This document shows, one piece after another, positions 48,731-58,461 of a stretch of DNA of 64,000 nt. Where the stretch lies: the NCBI GenBank assembly GCA_965248445.1, contig CBDFJG010000004.1, positions 128,001 to 192,000 on the forward strand, read 5' to 3'. Origin of the DNA: Planctomycetota bacterium. Lineage in GTDB: Bacteria > Planctomycetota > JAJSAM01 > JAJVHW01. The translations under genes were made by a program, and so were the position numbers. Every line of letters starts with the position of its first letter. The first letter of the stretch is position 1. The notes under the pieces were generated by a model that worked only from the letters and a program-made list of their open reading frames with translations, ran no database searches and was not told the DNA's origin.

Positions 48731-50092
48731 ATGTCTGAGATCCTCGAGTCGATTCTGGACGCGATCGGTGACACGCCGATGGTCCGCCTCCGAACCATAG
48801 GGCGCGACACCGGCTGCGAGATCCTCGCCAAGTGCGAGTTCCTGAACGCGGGCGGGTCCGTCAAGGACCGCATCGGCAAGCGCATGGTCGAGGTGGCCGA
48901 GCGCGAGGGACGCATTCGGCCAGGCGACACCCTCATCGAACCGACCAGCGGGAACACCGGCATCGGCATGGCACTGGCAGCGGCGGTGCGCGGCTACCGA
49001 ATGGTCATCACGATGCCCGAGAAGATGAGCCGCGAGAAGCAGGTCGTTCTCGAGGCGCTCGGCGCGGAGATCATCCGCACTCCCACCGAGGCGGCGTGGG
49101 ATTCGCCGGAGAGCCACATCGGGGTTGCCAAGCAACTCAACGAGATCCTCCCAAAATCTCACATCCTGGATCAGTACTCGAACCCCGAGAACCCGGCGGC
49201 GCACGAGGAGGGAACGGGGCGCGAGATCCTGGAGCAGACGGACGGACATCTCGACTTCCTCGTTCTGACGGCGGGCACCGGCGGGACGATCACCGGATGC
49301 GCGAGGGCCGTGAAGAAGGCGCTGCCGGACGTCAAGGTCATCGGCGTCGATCCGGTCGGCTCGATCCTCGCGGGGCCGCAGCCGATCGCGCCCTACAAGG
49401 TCGAAGGCATCGGGTACGACTTCATCCCCGACGTGCTGCACCGCGACCTCGTCGACGAGTGGATCAAGACCGAAGACGGCCCGTCGTTCCGCATGGCGCG
49501 CCGCCTCATCCGGCAGGAGGGACTGCTCTGCGGCGGAAGTTGCGGCTCCGCCGTCTGGGCATCGGTGCAGATCGCGAAGAAGTACGGACCGAACAAGCGC
49601 ATCGTGACGATCCTGCCGGACTCCGTGCGCAACTACATGACGAAGTTCCTCGACGACCAGTGGATGCGTGAGAACGGGTTCTCGGAGCGCCGCTGGGAGT
49701 CACAGACCGTCGGCGACCTTCTGCGGTCGCTGCCGCAGCGCGAGCTCATTACGGCAACGAGCGCAGACACGGTCGTCGACACCGTCGCGCGCCTGAAGCT
49801 GCACGGTGTCAGCCAGTTGCCGGTGATCGACGACGGGAGTCTCGTGGGGATCGTGACCGAGACCGACCTGCTCACGAAGTTGGTGGACGGCCACGCCAGC
49901 CCGGACAGCTCCGTCGCAGAGGTGATGTTCCGAAACGTGCGCACGGTCTCGCACACGGCGGACGCCAGCGCGCTGACCGACCTGTTCGCGGGCGACCTCG
50001 TCGCGCTCGTCACCGGCGACGACGGCGCGCTGGCCGGCATCGTTTCGAAGGTCGACCTGGTCGAGTACCTGACGCGGGCGCCCGGCAAGTAG
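48731..50092 (+). CDS. cbs: Cystathionine beta-synthase with C-terminal CBS domains
   Basis: KCEFLNAGGSVKDRI, EPTSGNTGIG, GTGGTITG, YKVEGIGYDFIP, PDSVRNYMTKF, CBS pair. Confidence 0.95.
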   Translation: MSEILESILDAIGDTPMVRLRTIGRDTGCEILAKCEFLNAGGSVKDRIGKRMVEVAEREGRIRPGDTLIEPTSGNTGIGMALAAAVRGYRMVITMPEKMSREKQVVLEALGAEIIRTPTEAAWDSPESHIGVAKQLNEILPKSHILDQYSNPENPAAHEEGTGREILEQTDGHLDFLVLTAGTGGTITGCARAVKKALPDVKVIGVDPVGSILAGPQPIAPYKVEGIGYDFIPDVLHRDLVDEWIKTEDGPSFRMARRLIRQEGLLCGGSCGSAVWASVQIAKKYGPNKRIVTILPDSVRNYMTKFLDDQWMRENGFSERRWESQTVGDLLRSLPQRELITATSADTVVDTVARLKLHGVSQLPVIDDGSLVGIVTETDLLTKLVDGHASPDSSVAEVMFRNVRTVSHTADASALTDLFAGDLVALVTGDDGALAGIVSKVDLVEYLTRAPGK

Positions 50093-50113
50093 CGGTCGCC
50101 CAGTATTGCCCGG

Positions 50114-51205
50114 CTACTTGGGCGGCGTCTCGCCGTCGGCCTCGTCCTCGGCGAGGTCGACGCCCAGCACCGACAGCACCATCAGCCGCACGGAGTCCGG
50201 CGGCCCCGGCAGCGCCAGGAGAACCGCCTGGCCGTCGGCCATCTCCAGAGAGCGTTTGACGCGTGTCTCGTAGACGTCGGGCGCCTGGATTCTGGCAGGC
50301 TCGGCAGCTCCGATATCGAACTCGATCACATCCATCGGCTCCCGCAGGTCCGCCGTGTGGTGATCAACGTGAACGCGGTACCCCCCCTCGGCGGACCCCC
50401 ACACCTCGAGGTCGAGAGTCGTGCCTGCGAACACCGTGTCGATGACGGGATCCGCGATCGACCCAACCTCGATGTCGATGTCGGATACGTAGCTGACTTC
50501 GCGCCCGAGCGTGATGTTGGCGGGCTGTCCGAGAGTGGTGACAAGACTCGGTGCGCTCAGCACGTCCACGCGGGCGGCAGCGGCCCACTCTCGTACGCGC
50601 TCGACGACTCCGTCGGACATCACGACGGCACCCGGGCGCACGTCGGTGAGGTCGATCCCGAGGTCCTGCATCCGATCCGCCTCGAGAAAGCGGGTCTCGA
50701 GCAGCACCATCGGCTGCGCGGCCCCGCGCAGATCGTCGAGCGTGCCCTGAAGGGCGTCGTGCACCGATCCGACGCCCATGACGATCAGCACGCCGTTCTT
50801 CTCGTCGGCGAACCGGATCATCGCACCGTGCCCGTTGTCCGACAGCACTTCGAGCAGCGACCCGGGACCGCCCGCCTGCTCGACGAGGTCGTGGACGTCG
50901 TAGAGCTGCACGTACGGCTGAACGTCCGTGGGATCCGCACGCGCAACGCGTTCGCCTTGCCGCACGGCCGCCGCGCCCGCGCGCTCCGCGCGGACTTGCT
51001 CGACCAACTGGAGCACGACGGCCAGCGCGGCGCCCGGCTCCGCCGAGAGGCGTTCCCGCGCCGAGGCGCGCTCGCCGGCATCCTCGGCGAGGAGCCGGTG
51101 CGCCGCGGCGGCGAGCGAGTCCTCCCTGTCGAGCACGACCTCTTGTGCTGCCGCCGGGACCGTCAGCACGACGGCCAGCAGCGCGAGTGTGAGGAACCGC
51201 TTCAT
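50114..51205 (-). CDS. Secretin-like (GspD/PilQ C-terminal domain-like) protein, short planctomycete type
   Basis: YDV.DLV, V.LETRFLE, LSAPSLVT..GQ.A.I..G...SYV.D, PVI..V..G..L; signal peptide. Confidence 0.65.
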   Translation of the reverse strand: MKRFLTLALLAVVLTVPAAAQEVVLDREDSLAAAAHRLLAEDAGERASARERLSAEPGAALAVVLQLVEQVRAERAGAAAVRQGERVARADPTDVQPYVQLYDVHDLVEQAGGPGSLLEVLSDNGHGAMIRFADEKNGVLIVMGVGSVHDALQGTLDDLRGAAQPMVLLETRFLEADRMQDLGIDLTDVRPGAVVMSDGVVERVREWAAAARVDVLSAPSLVTTLGQPANITLGREVSYVSDIDIEVGSIADPVIDTVFAGTTLDLEVWGSAEGGYRVHVDHHTADLREPMDVIEFDIGAAEPARIQAPDVYETRVKRSLEMADGQAVLLALPGPPDSVRLMVLSVLGVDLAEDEADGETPPK

Positions 51206-51354
51206 CCCTGCCTCCCTTCGGACGACGCTCCGTCCGGTCCATTGGACGATCGTGGGCGGCCGTCACCCAGGGGTCACCCGGACGTCACGCTGCCGCATCG
51301 TTCCAGATGGGTCCAAAGCGGAGGTACTGTCACGCCCATTCTGAAAGGGACGCC

Positions 51355-52128
51355 ATGAGCGCCAGCGAGATCAGACACGTCATGCTCGGCAAGGACCATG
51401 AGCGCTACGGCGCCTATGGCCTGGCCCAGGTGTCTGCAAACACCGTCGCAGCCATGTCGGTCGGCAGTGACGAGAAGTTCGCCTCTGACCACCCGAAGCA
51501 GCACCCGAACGAAGACGCACTGCTCGTCATCGAGGACAAGCGTCGGACGGTGCTGTGTGTGGCGGACGCCCACTACGGACGCGAGTCGAGCGAGGAGCTC
51601 ATCGTCCTGCTGCGTGAGCTGTTCAAGCCGGTACCCGGGACACCGGAAGAACTCGACGTTGCCCTGCGCAACATCTCCCGCGAGAAGCGGACCGGCCGTC
51701 ACATGTCGGAGACGACGCTACTGATCGCGATCTACGACCGGCTGTTCCGGCAGGGCTTCGGCCTCTCGTTCGGCGACAGTTCACTCGTGCTCGCGCGCCC
51801 GCGTTCGCTGCCGGAGAAGCAGAACCGCAAGAACAAGATGTTCGTGTCGATGACGGAGCCGAAGTCGCTGCGTCCCAGCAACGCGGACCACATCCACTTC
51901 TCCGCCGCGCCCGGAGACCTGCTCATCGCGTACACCGACGGCATCGACGAGTGCTGCTACCGCGAACCGGATCGTGGCGTGACCCCGCCAATCATGCAGA
52001 TGCTCGTAGACGGCCGCGCGGACGACCCGAAGGGCGCCGCGGAGGCCATCGTCGGTACCGCACTGAAGGGTGTGGGCGGCTGGGCCGGCGGACAGGACAA
52101 CATCGCGCTGATCGTGTCGAAGATCTGA
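51355..52128 (+). CDS. PP2C-family protein phosphatase
   Basis: NEDA, VADAHYG, ETT, GDS, YTDGI, GGQDNIAL. Confidence 0.85.
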   Translation: MSASEIRHVMLGKDHERYGAYGLAQVSANTVAAMSVGSDEKFASDHPKQHPNEDALLVIEDKRRTVLCVADAHYGRESSEELIVLLRELFKPVPGTPEELDVALRNISREKRTGRHMSETTLLIAIYDRLFRQGFGLSFGDSSLVLARPRSLPEKQNRKNKMFVSMTEPKSLRPSNADHIHFSAAPGDLLIAYTDGIDECCYREPDRGVTPPIMQMLVDGRADDPKGAAEAIVGTALKGVGGWAGGQDNIALIVSKI

Positions 52129-52162
52129 GCGGGTAGCCTTCCCGCAGCCGGGGAGAAGCACC

Positions 52163-52777
52163 ATGTCCGAGCAGAGTGTCCGGGAAGACAAGGGACTGCC
52201 CGGCTGGGTCATCGCGCTGATCGTCGTGTGCGGGGCGTGCCTCTGCGGAGTCCCGGCCGTCGGCGGTGCGATCGCGGTCCTGGTTCCGAAGATCCAGATG
52301 CAGCACATAAGGGCGGGATGCGCCACGTCCCTTCGCACGCTCGGTAGCCTCCACATCGACCACTGGACAGAGACCGGTGGGCCGCCGACCGAAGGCGGTG
52401 TGAAGTACTTCCTGCGCCTGGCGGAGGGCACGGACGTGTCAATCGTCTGCCCGGACGACGGCCATGGCCGCCAAGCGCAAGTCGTGCAAATCGGCGACGA
52501 TCCGATGACCACGGCGTCAGAGCCGATGCTGCGCTCGATCTGCTCCTACGCGGTGCGCGACTTCGCGCGCTACCCGCTGAGCGACGACTACGCGAACGAG
52601 GCGATCGCGGCGGATCGAGAGGAGTTCCACCGCGGCGGCATCAACGTGCTGTACAGCGACGGCAGCGTGAAGTTCCACGACCGCGCGTGGCTCGGCATCC
52701 CGGACGGCGCGCCGATCGTCGTCGGTCCGGAGTCCGACCACGAGGAGCTGAAGAAGCTCTGCGTCGTCGCGGAGTAG
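52163..52777 (+). CDS. H-X9-DG motif protein (DUF1559/pilin-like)
   Basis: N-terminal TM, C...L..LG, C-terminal HRGGINVLYSDGSVK. Confidence 0.8.
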   Translation: MSEQSVREDKGLPGWVIALIVVCGACLCGVPAVGGAIAVLVPKIQMQHIRAGCATSLRTLGSLHIDHWTETGGPPTEGGVKYFLRLAEGTDVSIVCPDDGHGRQAQVVQIGDDPMTTASEPMLRSICSYAVRDFARYPLSDDYANEAIAADREEFHRGGINVLYSDGSVKFHDRAWLGIPDGAPIVVGPESDHEELKKLCVVAE

Positions 52778-52824
52778 GGGCGCGGGTTTCGACGTGCGCG
52801 GGCGGGGCAGCGCCCCGCCCCTAC
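52774..52824. repeat. GTAG-type REP-like palindrome
   Basis: GTAGGGGCG...CGCCCCTAC with internal GGCGGGGC/GCCCCGCC hairpin; same arms as 25138-25166. Confidence 0.6.
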
Positions 52825-52931
52825 AGCAGGCTCGCACTCGTTGTGTGAATCGCGGAGGGCGCGGCGGTTGAGGCAAGCGACGTGACCGCAGCCCTCGCGC
52901 AGTGTCCGGAGGACGCGGAGCGAGGGAGACA

Positions 52932-53225
52932 CTAGCCCGAAGCGTGGCCGAGGATCGCTCCGCGATCCGCAGGACCACGCGCACGGGCTGTGACCGTGTA
53001 GCTGCGCTTCGGATCCCACCCGCTGATCCCCATCTCCTCGACGGCTTCCTTGCCGAACATCACCCGCGTCTCGCGCCAGCGCGTTCCCACGCCCGAGGAG
53101 CGCTCCGAGAGCAGTTCGATCTTCTGGATGCCCTCGATCGTGCTCTGCCACTTCTTCACGTCCGCTACCACCTCCCACACGCGGTCGGGTGGAGCGTCAA
53201 TCGTCTCGGTGAGCAGCAGGTTCAT
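52932..53225 (-). pseudogene. SRPBCC family protein, probably 3'-truncated
   Basis: IDAPPDRVW...GVGTRWRETRVMFGKEA; only 97 aa and lacks the C-terminal helix. Confidence 0.6.
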
Positions 53226-53394
53226 CGCACGCTCCTTCCGAAGGTCGAGAGCGTAGTCACAGGGCGTCGCCGGATGCAACGCCGGAAACCCAGGCGCTGG
53301 CCCGCTCGCTGCGTATGCTCTTCGGCCGGAGGCCCACGACATGCGCGCACATCTCCCAGTAGTCACTACTCGACCGGTCATCACTCGACCAGTC

Positions 53395-54915
53395 ATGCGG
53401 CTCGTCGTCGCTGGGCTCGTGGTCATCGGACTCGCAGCCTGCGCTCCGCCTCCCGACGACAACGAGAAGCCGGCACGGGGCCGTCGCTCGGGAGCAGCGC
53501 CCGTCGTGACACCAGCGGCCGCTTCGCCCGATCCGGCGCCGGAGGCCGATCAGGCCCCCGCGAGAGCGCGGCCGGCCTCGACGCCGATCACCGACCGCTA
53601 CCGCGACTTCGTCACGCGGATCGTGAACGCGGCGCAGAGAGACGGACTGGCGCACGATCGGCTGCGGCACATGTGCGACGTGATCGGCCCGCGGCTCTCC
53701 GGAAGCAAGGGCCTCGCCCGCGCGGTCGACTGGACCGCCGAGGTCGCCGAGAAGGACGGAATGCGCGTCACCAAGCAGAAGGTGATGGTGCCCAACTGGA
53801 AGCGCGGCAACGAGAGTGCGACGCTGCTCGCGCCGCGCAAGGAGCGGCTCGAGATGCTCGGCATCGGCAACTCGATCGGCACGCCGCCCGAGGGCATCAC
53901 AGCCGAAGTCATCGTGGCGACGGACTTCGACGAGCTGGCTGCGCTCGGTGACGCAGTCAAAGGGAAGATCGTCCTCTTCAACAAGGCGATGCCGCCCTAC
54001 GACCCCGAGACCGGTGCGGGTTACGGCGCGACGGTCGGGTACCGGACCTCCGGCGCGAGTAAAGCCGGCGCGGCGGGCGCCGTGGCCGTGCTCGTGCGCT
54101 CCGTCACCGCCACCAGTCTCGCGACGCCGCACACCGGAATGCTGAGCTATCAGACGGACAAGCCGCGCATTCCCGCAGCCGCGGTGTCCATCGAGGACGC
54201 TGAGTTGATCGCGCGTCTCGCGGCCGCGGGCGAGACCGTGCGTGTGCACCTGCAGATGGACGCGCACTTCGAGGAAGACGCCGAGTCCGCGAACGTCATC
54301 GTCGACCTGGTCGGCAGCGAGCTGCCTGACGAGATAGTCCTCATCTCCGGGCACCTGGACTCCTGGGACGTCGGGCAGGGCGCGCACGACGACGGCGCCG
54401 CGTGCATGGCGGTGCTCGACGCAGTGCGCCTCCTGAAGTCGCTCGGCCTGACCCCGCGGCGCACGATCCGCGTGGTCCTCTGGACCAACGAGGAGAACGG
54501 ACTGCGCGGATCGCGGGAGTACATCCGCGCCTTCGGTGAGGAGATGCCGAAGTACGCCGCAGCTCTCGAGGCGGACTCCGGGATCTTCCACCCGGTCGGA
54601 TTCCGCAGCCCCAAGCCCAAGGACGAACGGGGCGAGCGCGTCGTCGCACAACTCCAGGACATCCTCACAGTGTTCGACGAGTGGAACGCGGGGCGACTCC
54701 GCGAGGGCGGCGGCGGTGCGGACATCGGCGCCATGGCGGCCATGGGCGTGCCCCTGCTCGGACTCGACGTCGAGGGCAGCAAGTACTTCGACTACCACCA
54801 CACGCACGCAGACACGTTCGACAAGGTCGCCAAGGACGACCTGCTGCTCTGCGAAGGCGTGCTGGCCGCGATCGCGTACGTGCTGGCCGACATGCCGAAG
54901 AAGCTTGGCGACTGA
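53395..54915 (+). CDS. M28 peptidase (carboxypeptidase Q-like, PA domain), lipoprotein
   Basis: LAAC lipobox; IGPRLSGS, GHLDSWDVGQGAHDDG, NEENG, YHHT.ADT. Confidence 0.93.
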   Translation: MRLVVAGLVVIGLAACAPPPDDNEKPARGRRSGAAPVVTPAAASPDPAPEADQAPARARPASTPITDRYRDFVTRIVNAAQRDGLAHDRLRHMCDVIGPRLSGSKGLARAVDWTAEVAEKDGMRVTKQKVMVPNWKRGNESATLLAPRKERLEMLGIGNSIGTPPEGITAEVIVATDFDELAALGDAVKGKIVLFNKAMPPYDPETGAGYGATVGYRTSGASKAGAAGAVAVLVRSVTATSLATPHTGMLSYQTDKPRIPAAAVSIEDAELIARLAAAGETVRVHLQMDAHFEEDAESANVIVDLVGSELPDEIVLISGHLDSWDVGQGAHDDGAACMAVLDAVRLLKSLGLTPRRTIRVVLWTNEENGLRGSREYIRAFGEEMPKYAAALEADSGIFHPVGFRSPKPKDERGERVVAQLQDILTVFDEWNAGRLREGGGGADIGAMAAMGVPLLGLDVEGSKYFDYHHTHADTFDKVAKDDLLLCEGVLAAIAYVLADMPKKLGD

Positions 54916-54952
54916 ACCCAGGCTGACGCCGCTCGCGTATCCTCGGTAGCAC

Positions 54953-56200
54953 ATGAGATCGCTCCGTCTGCCGCTCGCCATCGCCCTCGGACTGGCGACC
55001 GGTGCGGTCGGCGGCTGGGCCGTGGCGACCGTCATGCAGGATCCGCCGGAGAGCGACGCGCTCCCCGCCCCGCAGGACGACGCCGTGGACCCGGAGATCG
55101 CGCGCCTCGAGAAGGAACTGCTCCGCAAGGAGCGCGACCTGGACACGGCGTACCGCGAGCTCGAGCTGTTGCGGCGGGCGCAGTCGCCGGTGACGCAGGA
55201 CACAGCCGGTCTGCTCGACGCAGCCGGCAGGCGAGCAGGCGTCGCGCTGGGAGACTCCGCTGCGGACGAGTTGACGCGTCGCGCCGCGGGCATCCGGCGC
55301 ACGCACCTGCAACGCGCTGCGGCGGCTGAGCACACCGCCGCGAGTCAGATCGCACAGGAGACGGCGGCCGAGCGGTCACGCCTCGTCGACCTGGAGCGCG
55401 GCGGCACGATGGCGTTCATGCGCGCGCTGCAGGAGAGCTGGGCGCCGCCCTGGGAGACGCTGCGCGACCCGGAGGCCTACAGGAAGCTGTTCGAGCGCAA
55501 GAGCGCGTCCGTGCCGGTCGACCCGGAGGCCCTGTCGGGCACCGGGGACTTACCCGACGGCGCGCATGTCCATTACCCGGCCGGACGGCACGCGTTCGCG
55601 GCGGGGAGCCTCACGAATCGTGCCACCTTCCCGAAGGACTTGCTGGTGACGGGCGCGGGCATGGACGAGACCGTGCTCGTCTTGGACACGGAGCTGCGCA
55701 TGCGGCCCGACGTCCACAGCCTCTCGTTCCGCGATCTGACACTCTTCACGAACGACAACTCCCTCGAGAGGATGCGCACCAACCCCTACACGCTCCGCCT
55801 CGAACGGTGCCGCGTCATCGGATTCGATTCGGGAGCCGGCGGGTCCAAGATGCTCGGCGGCAGGGTCGGCGCGTTCTACGCGTCCGACTGCCGGATCGAG
55901 GCCGGGTTCGGAAGATCGCCGGGCGGGAACCTGTTCGACGTACGTGGCGCCCTGATCGCGCGACTGGAGCGCTGCACGATCGACGGTCCGTTCAGCAGCG
56001 TGTACTACCAGTGGAGCGGCGCCGCCCAGGTGTTCGAAGATTGTCGCTTCGAGAACATGTCGCCCGGGCGAAAGACGCATCTCGAGACGCCGGGAGACAT
56101 GGTCCGGTTCATCAATTGCACGCTCGCCTATGCGGAGACGGACAAGGAGAGTCGAAAGCGCCGGTCGCTGATCGACATCAATCCGGCCTGGAGCAAGTAA
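54953..56200 (+). CDS. Hypothetical membrane-anchored protein with coiled coil and probable beta-helix (pectin-lyase-like) domain
   Basis: PAG.H, L.V.GAGMDETV, repeated L.RC.I / F.DC.F / F.NC rungs. Confidence 0.6.
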   Translation: MRSLRLPLAIALGLATGAVGGWAVATVMQDPPESDALPAPQDDAVDPEIARLEKELLRKERDLDTAYRELELLRRAQSPVTQDTAGLLDAAGRRAGVALGDSAADELTRRAAGIRRTHLQRAAAAEHTAASQIAQETAAERSRLVDLERGGTMAFMRALQESWAPPWETLRDPEAYRKLFERKSASVPVDPEALSGTGDLPDGAHVHYPAGRHAFAAGSLTNRATFPKDLLVTGAGMDETVLVLDTELRMRPDVHSLSFRDLTLFTNDNSLERMRTNPYTLRLERCRVIGFDSGAGGSKMLGGRVGAFYASDCRIEAGFGRSPGGNLFDVRGALIARLERCTIDGPFSSVYYQWSGAAQVFEDCRFENMSPGRKTHLETPGDMVRFINCTLAYAETDKESRKRRSLIDINPAWSK

Positions 56201-56279
56201 CGCACACGCGCCCCGGGGCGCCTCGGTTCGCTATCCTGGCGCGTGGCGGAAGACGCGGGGGGGGAGAACGGAGCGCAGT

Positions 56280-57715
56280 ATGGCCACGTTGCCCACACTG
56301 GACGCGACACGCGCCGCGGCGTACGTGGACGCCGCGTGGGACCGGAACGTGATGCCCGCGCTGCTCTCGTTCATCCGCATCCCGAACAAGTCGCCGCACT
56401 TCGACCCCCACTGGGAAGCGCACGGGCACATGGAGCGGGCGACGCAGCTGGTGGCCGACTGGTGCGAAGCCCACAAGCCCGAGGGCGCGTCGGTCGAGAT
56501 CGTCCGGCTCCCCGGGCGCACGCCTCTCGTGTTCGTCGAAGTGCCCGCCACCGGCGGTCTGCAAGACGACACCGTGCTCCTCTACGGCCACCTGGACAAG
56601 CAGCCCGAGATGACCGGGTGGGCCGAGGGCCTCGACCCGTGGACGCCGGTGCTCCGCGAAGACAGGCTGTACGGCCGCGGCGGCGCAGACGACGGCTACG
56701 CGGCGTTCGCGGCCGTGGAGGCGCTGCGCGCGATGGACGAGCAGGGTGTGCCGCGTCACCGCGCCGTCATCCTGATCGAGGCGTGTGCGAGGAGAGCGGC
56801 AGCCCCGATCTCCCCCACTACGTCGAGCATCTGGCCGGCCGCATCGGCGCGCCGTCGCTGGTCGTCTGCCTCGACTCCGGATGCGGGGACTACGAGCGGC
56901 TGTGGCTGACGACGTCGCTGCGCGGCATCGTCGTCGGCCGCCTGGAAGTGACGGTGCTGACCGAGGGAGTGCATTCGGGTGACGCCGGCGGTGTCGTCCC
57001 GTCCTCGTTCCGTGTCGCGCGGCGCGTGCTCTCGCGACTCGAGGACGAGATGACGGGCCAGATCCGCCTGAACGAACTGCACGTGAAGGTCCCGCCGGAG
57101 CGCATGCAGCAGGCGCGTCAGGCCGCTGCCGTGCTCGGCAAGAAGGTGCACGAGCGATTCCCGTTCGTGGAGCGCGGCGGACCCGAGTCCGACGATCCGC
57201 TCGACTGCGTGCTCAACCGCACGTGGAAGCCGACCCTCGAGATCACGGGTGCCGACGGCATCCCCAGCGTCGAGGACGCGGGCAACGTGCTGCGGCCCGG
57301 CACCACCCTCAAGATCTCACTCCGGCTGCCACCGACCTGCGACGCAGACCGCGCGGTACGGATTGTCCGCCGCGTTCTGGAGCGGGAACCGCCGCACGGG
57401 GCGCGCGTCCGGCTGCTGGACGCCGGGGGCGCCACGGGCTGGAACGCTCCGCCGATGGACGCGTGGCTGACGGCGTCGCTCGACGCGGCCTCGCAGGCCC
57501 AATTCGGAACTCCGCCCGCGTACATGGGCGAGGGCGGGACGATCCCGTTCATGGGGATGCTCGGCGAGCAGTTCCCGGAGGCACAGTTCGTGGTCACGGG
57601 CGTCCTTGGCCCCGGCTCGAACGCGCATGGTCCCAACGAGTACCTGCACCTGCCGACGGCGCGGCGAATCACCGCGGTGATCGCGCACGTCCTCGGCGAC
57701 CACGCCGCGCGGTGA
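56280..57715 (+). pseudogene. M20 family dipeptidase with frameshift at about 56785
   Basis: YGHLDKQP, LYGRGGADDG in frame 1; EESGS, HSG, GEGGTIPF, NAHGPNE in frame 2; an extra TG in GCGTGTGCGAG breaks IEACEESGS. Confidence 0.88.
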
Positions 57716-58005
57716 GCCGCGCCGCGCAGCCTCCCGAGACCTGTCCCACGTGCGGGGGGCGCGTGCCATCGCGCCCGGACGGCCGAGTCGTCGGGTGCTG
57801 TCCCGCGGGCATGGTGCCGAAGCAGCACGACGAAACCCGCTCGACGACGGCCGCGTGGTCCCGCGGCGTCGAGCGGATCGTGTACGGGCTCGGAGGCCTG
57901 ATGTCGGGCGGCCCGGGACTGCGGTTGGGCCTGGGCGTGTTGCTCATCGTCCTGGCGGCGGCGTGCGTCGCGGCGATCCAGTGGCTCGCGGTGCAGTACT
58001 TCTAG
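57712..58005 (+). CDS. Small hypothetical protein with Cys motif and C-terminal TM
   Basis: GTGA overlap; CPTC...CC; hydrophobic tail. Confidence 0.55.
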   Translation: MSRAAQPPETCPTCGGRVPSRPDGRVVGCCPAGMVPKQHDETRSTTAAWSRGVERIVYGLGGLMSGGPGLRLGLGVLLIVLAAACVAAIQWLAVQYF

Positions 58006-58439
58006 TCGAACGCGGCTTGCACCGTGGGACGCGCGAGCACGACGAGCGTGAAGATGCCGAGGGCCGTGCCGAGCGGGATGCTGAGGAGCGCCAGTGCCGC
58101 GACCACCTGGCAGAACGTGCGGTTCCGGCGCTCCTTCAGGAAGCGCGCGCAGAAGAAGCTCAGCGCCGCCGATCCGAGCTGGATCACAGCGATCACGCCG
58201 AAGATCACGAAGAACATCGGGAACATGGACTCGAGCATCTGCACGACCTCGACGTCGGCGCCGCTCTCCGCCATCTGATCCGTCATGCCCTTGATGAACC
58301 TGGGCATGAAGACCGCGTAGGCGCCCATGGCCATGCACCCCATCACGGACATCGCCGCCATGACGTAGTGGAAGATCATCAGCAGCTCGAGGTGCGAACG
58401 GTCCTCGGGCGGCAGGTCGACTGCGGATGCATCGGTCAT
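58002..58439 (-). CDS. Hypothetical membrane protein
   Basis: HL.LL.IFHYV...; ...P.GT.LGIFTL.VL.RP.V...F. Confidence 0.75.
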   Translation of the reverse strand: MTDASAVDLPPEDRSHLELLMIFHYVMAAMSVMGCMAMGAYAVFMPRFIKGMTDQMAESGADVEVVQMLESMFPMFFVIFGVIAVIQLGSAALSFFCARFLKERRNRTFCQVVAALALLSIPLGTALGIFTLVVLARPTVQAAFD

Positions 58440-58461
58440 GTCTGTCGAATGAACCGGCTGT

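Noticed and set aside
48731..50092. Cystathionine beta-synthase as part of a selenium pathway
   Set aside because: Ordinary transsulfuration enzyme, not adjacent to either selenoprotein. No selA/selB/selC/selD was seen in the window.
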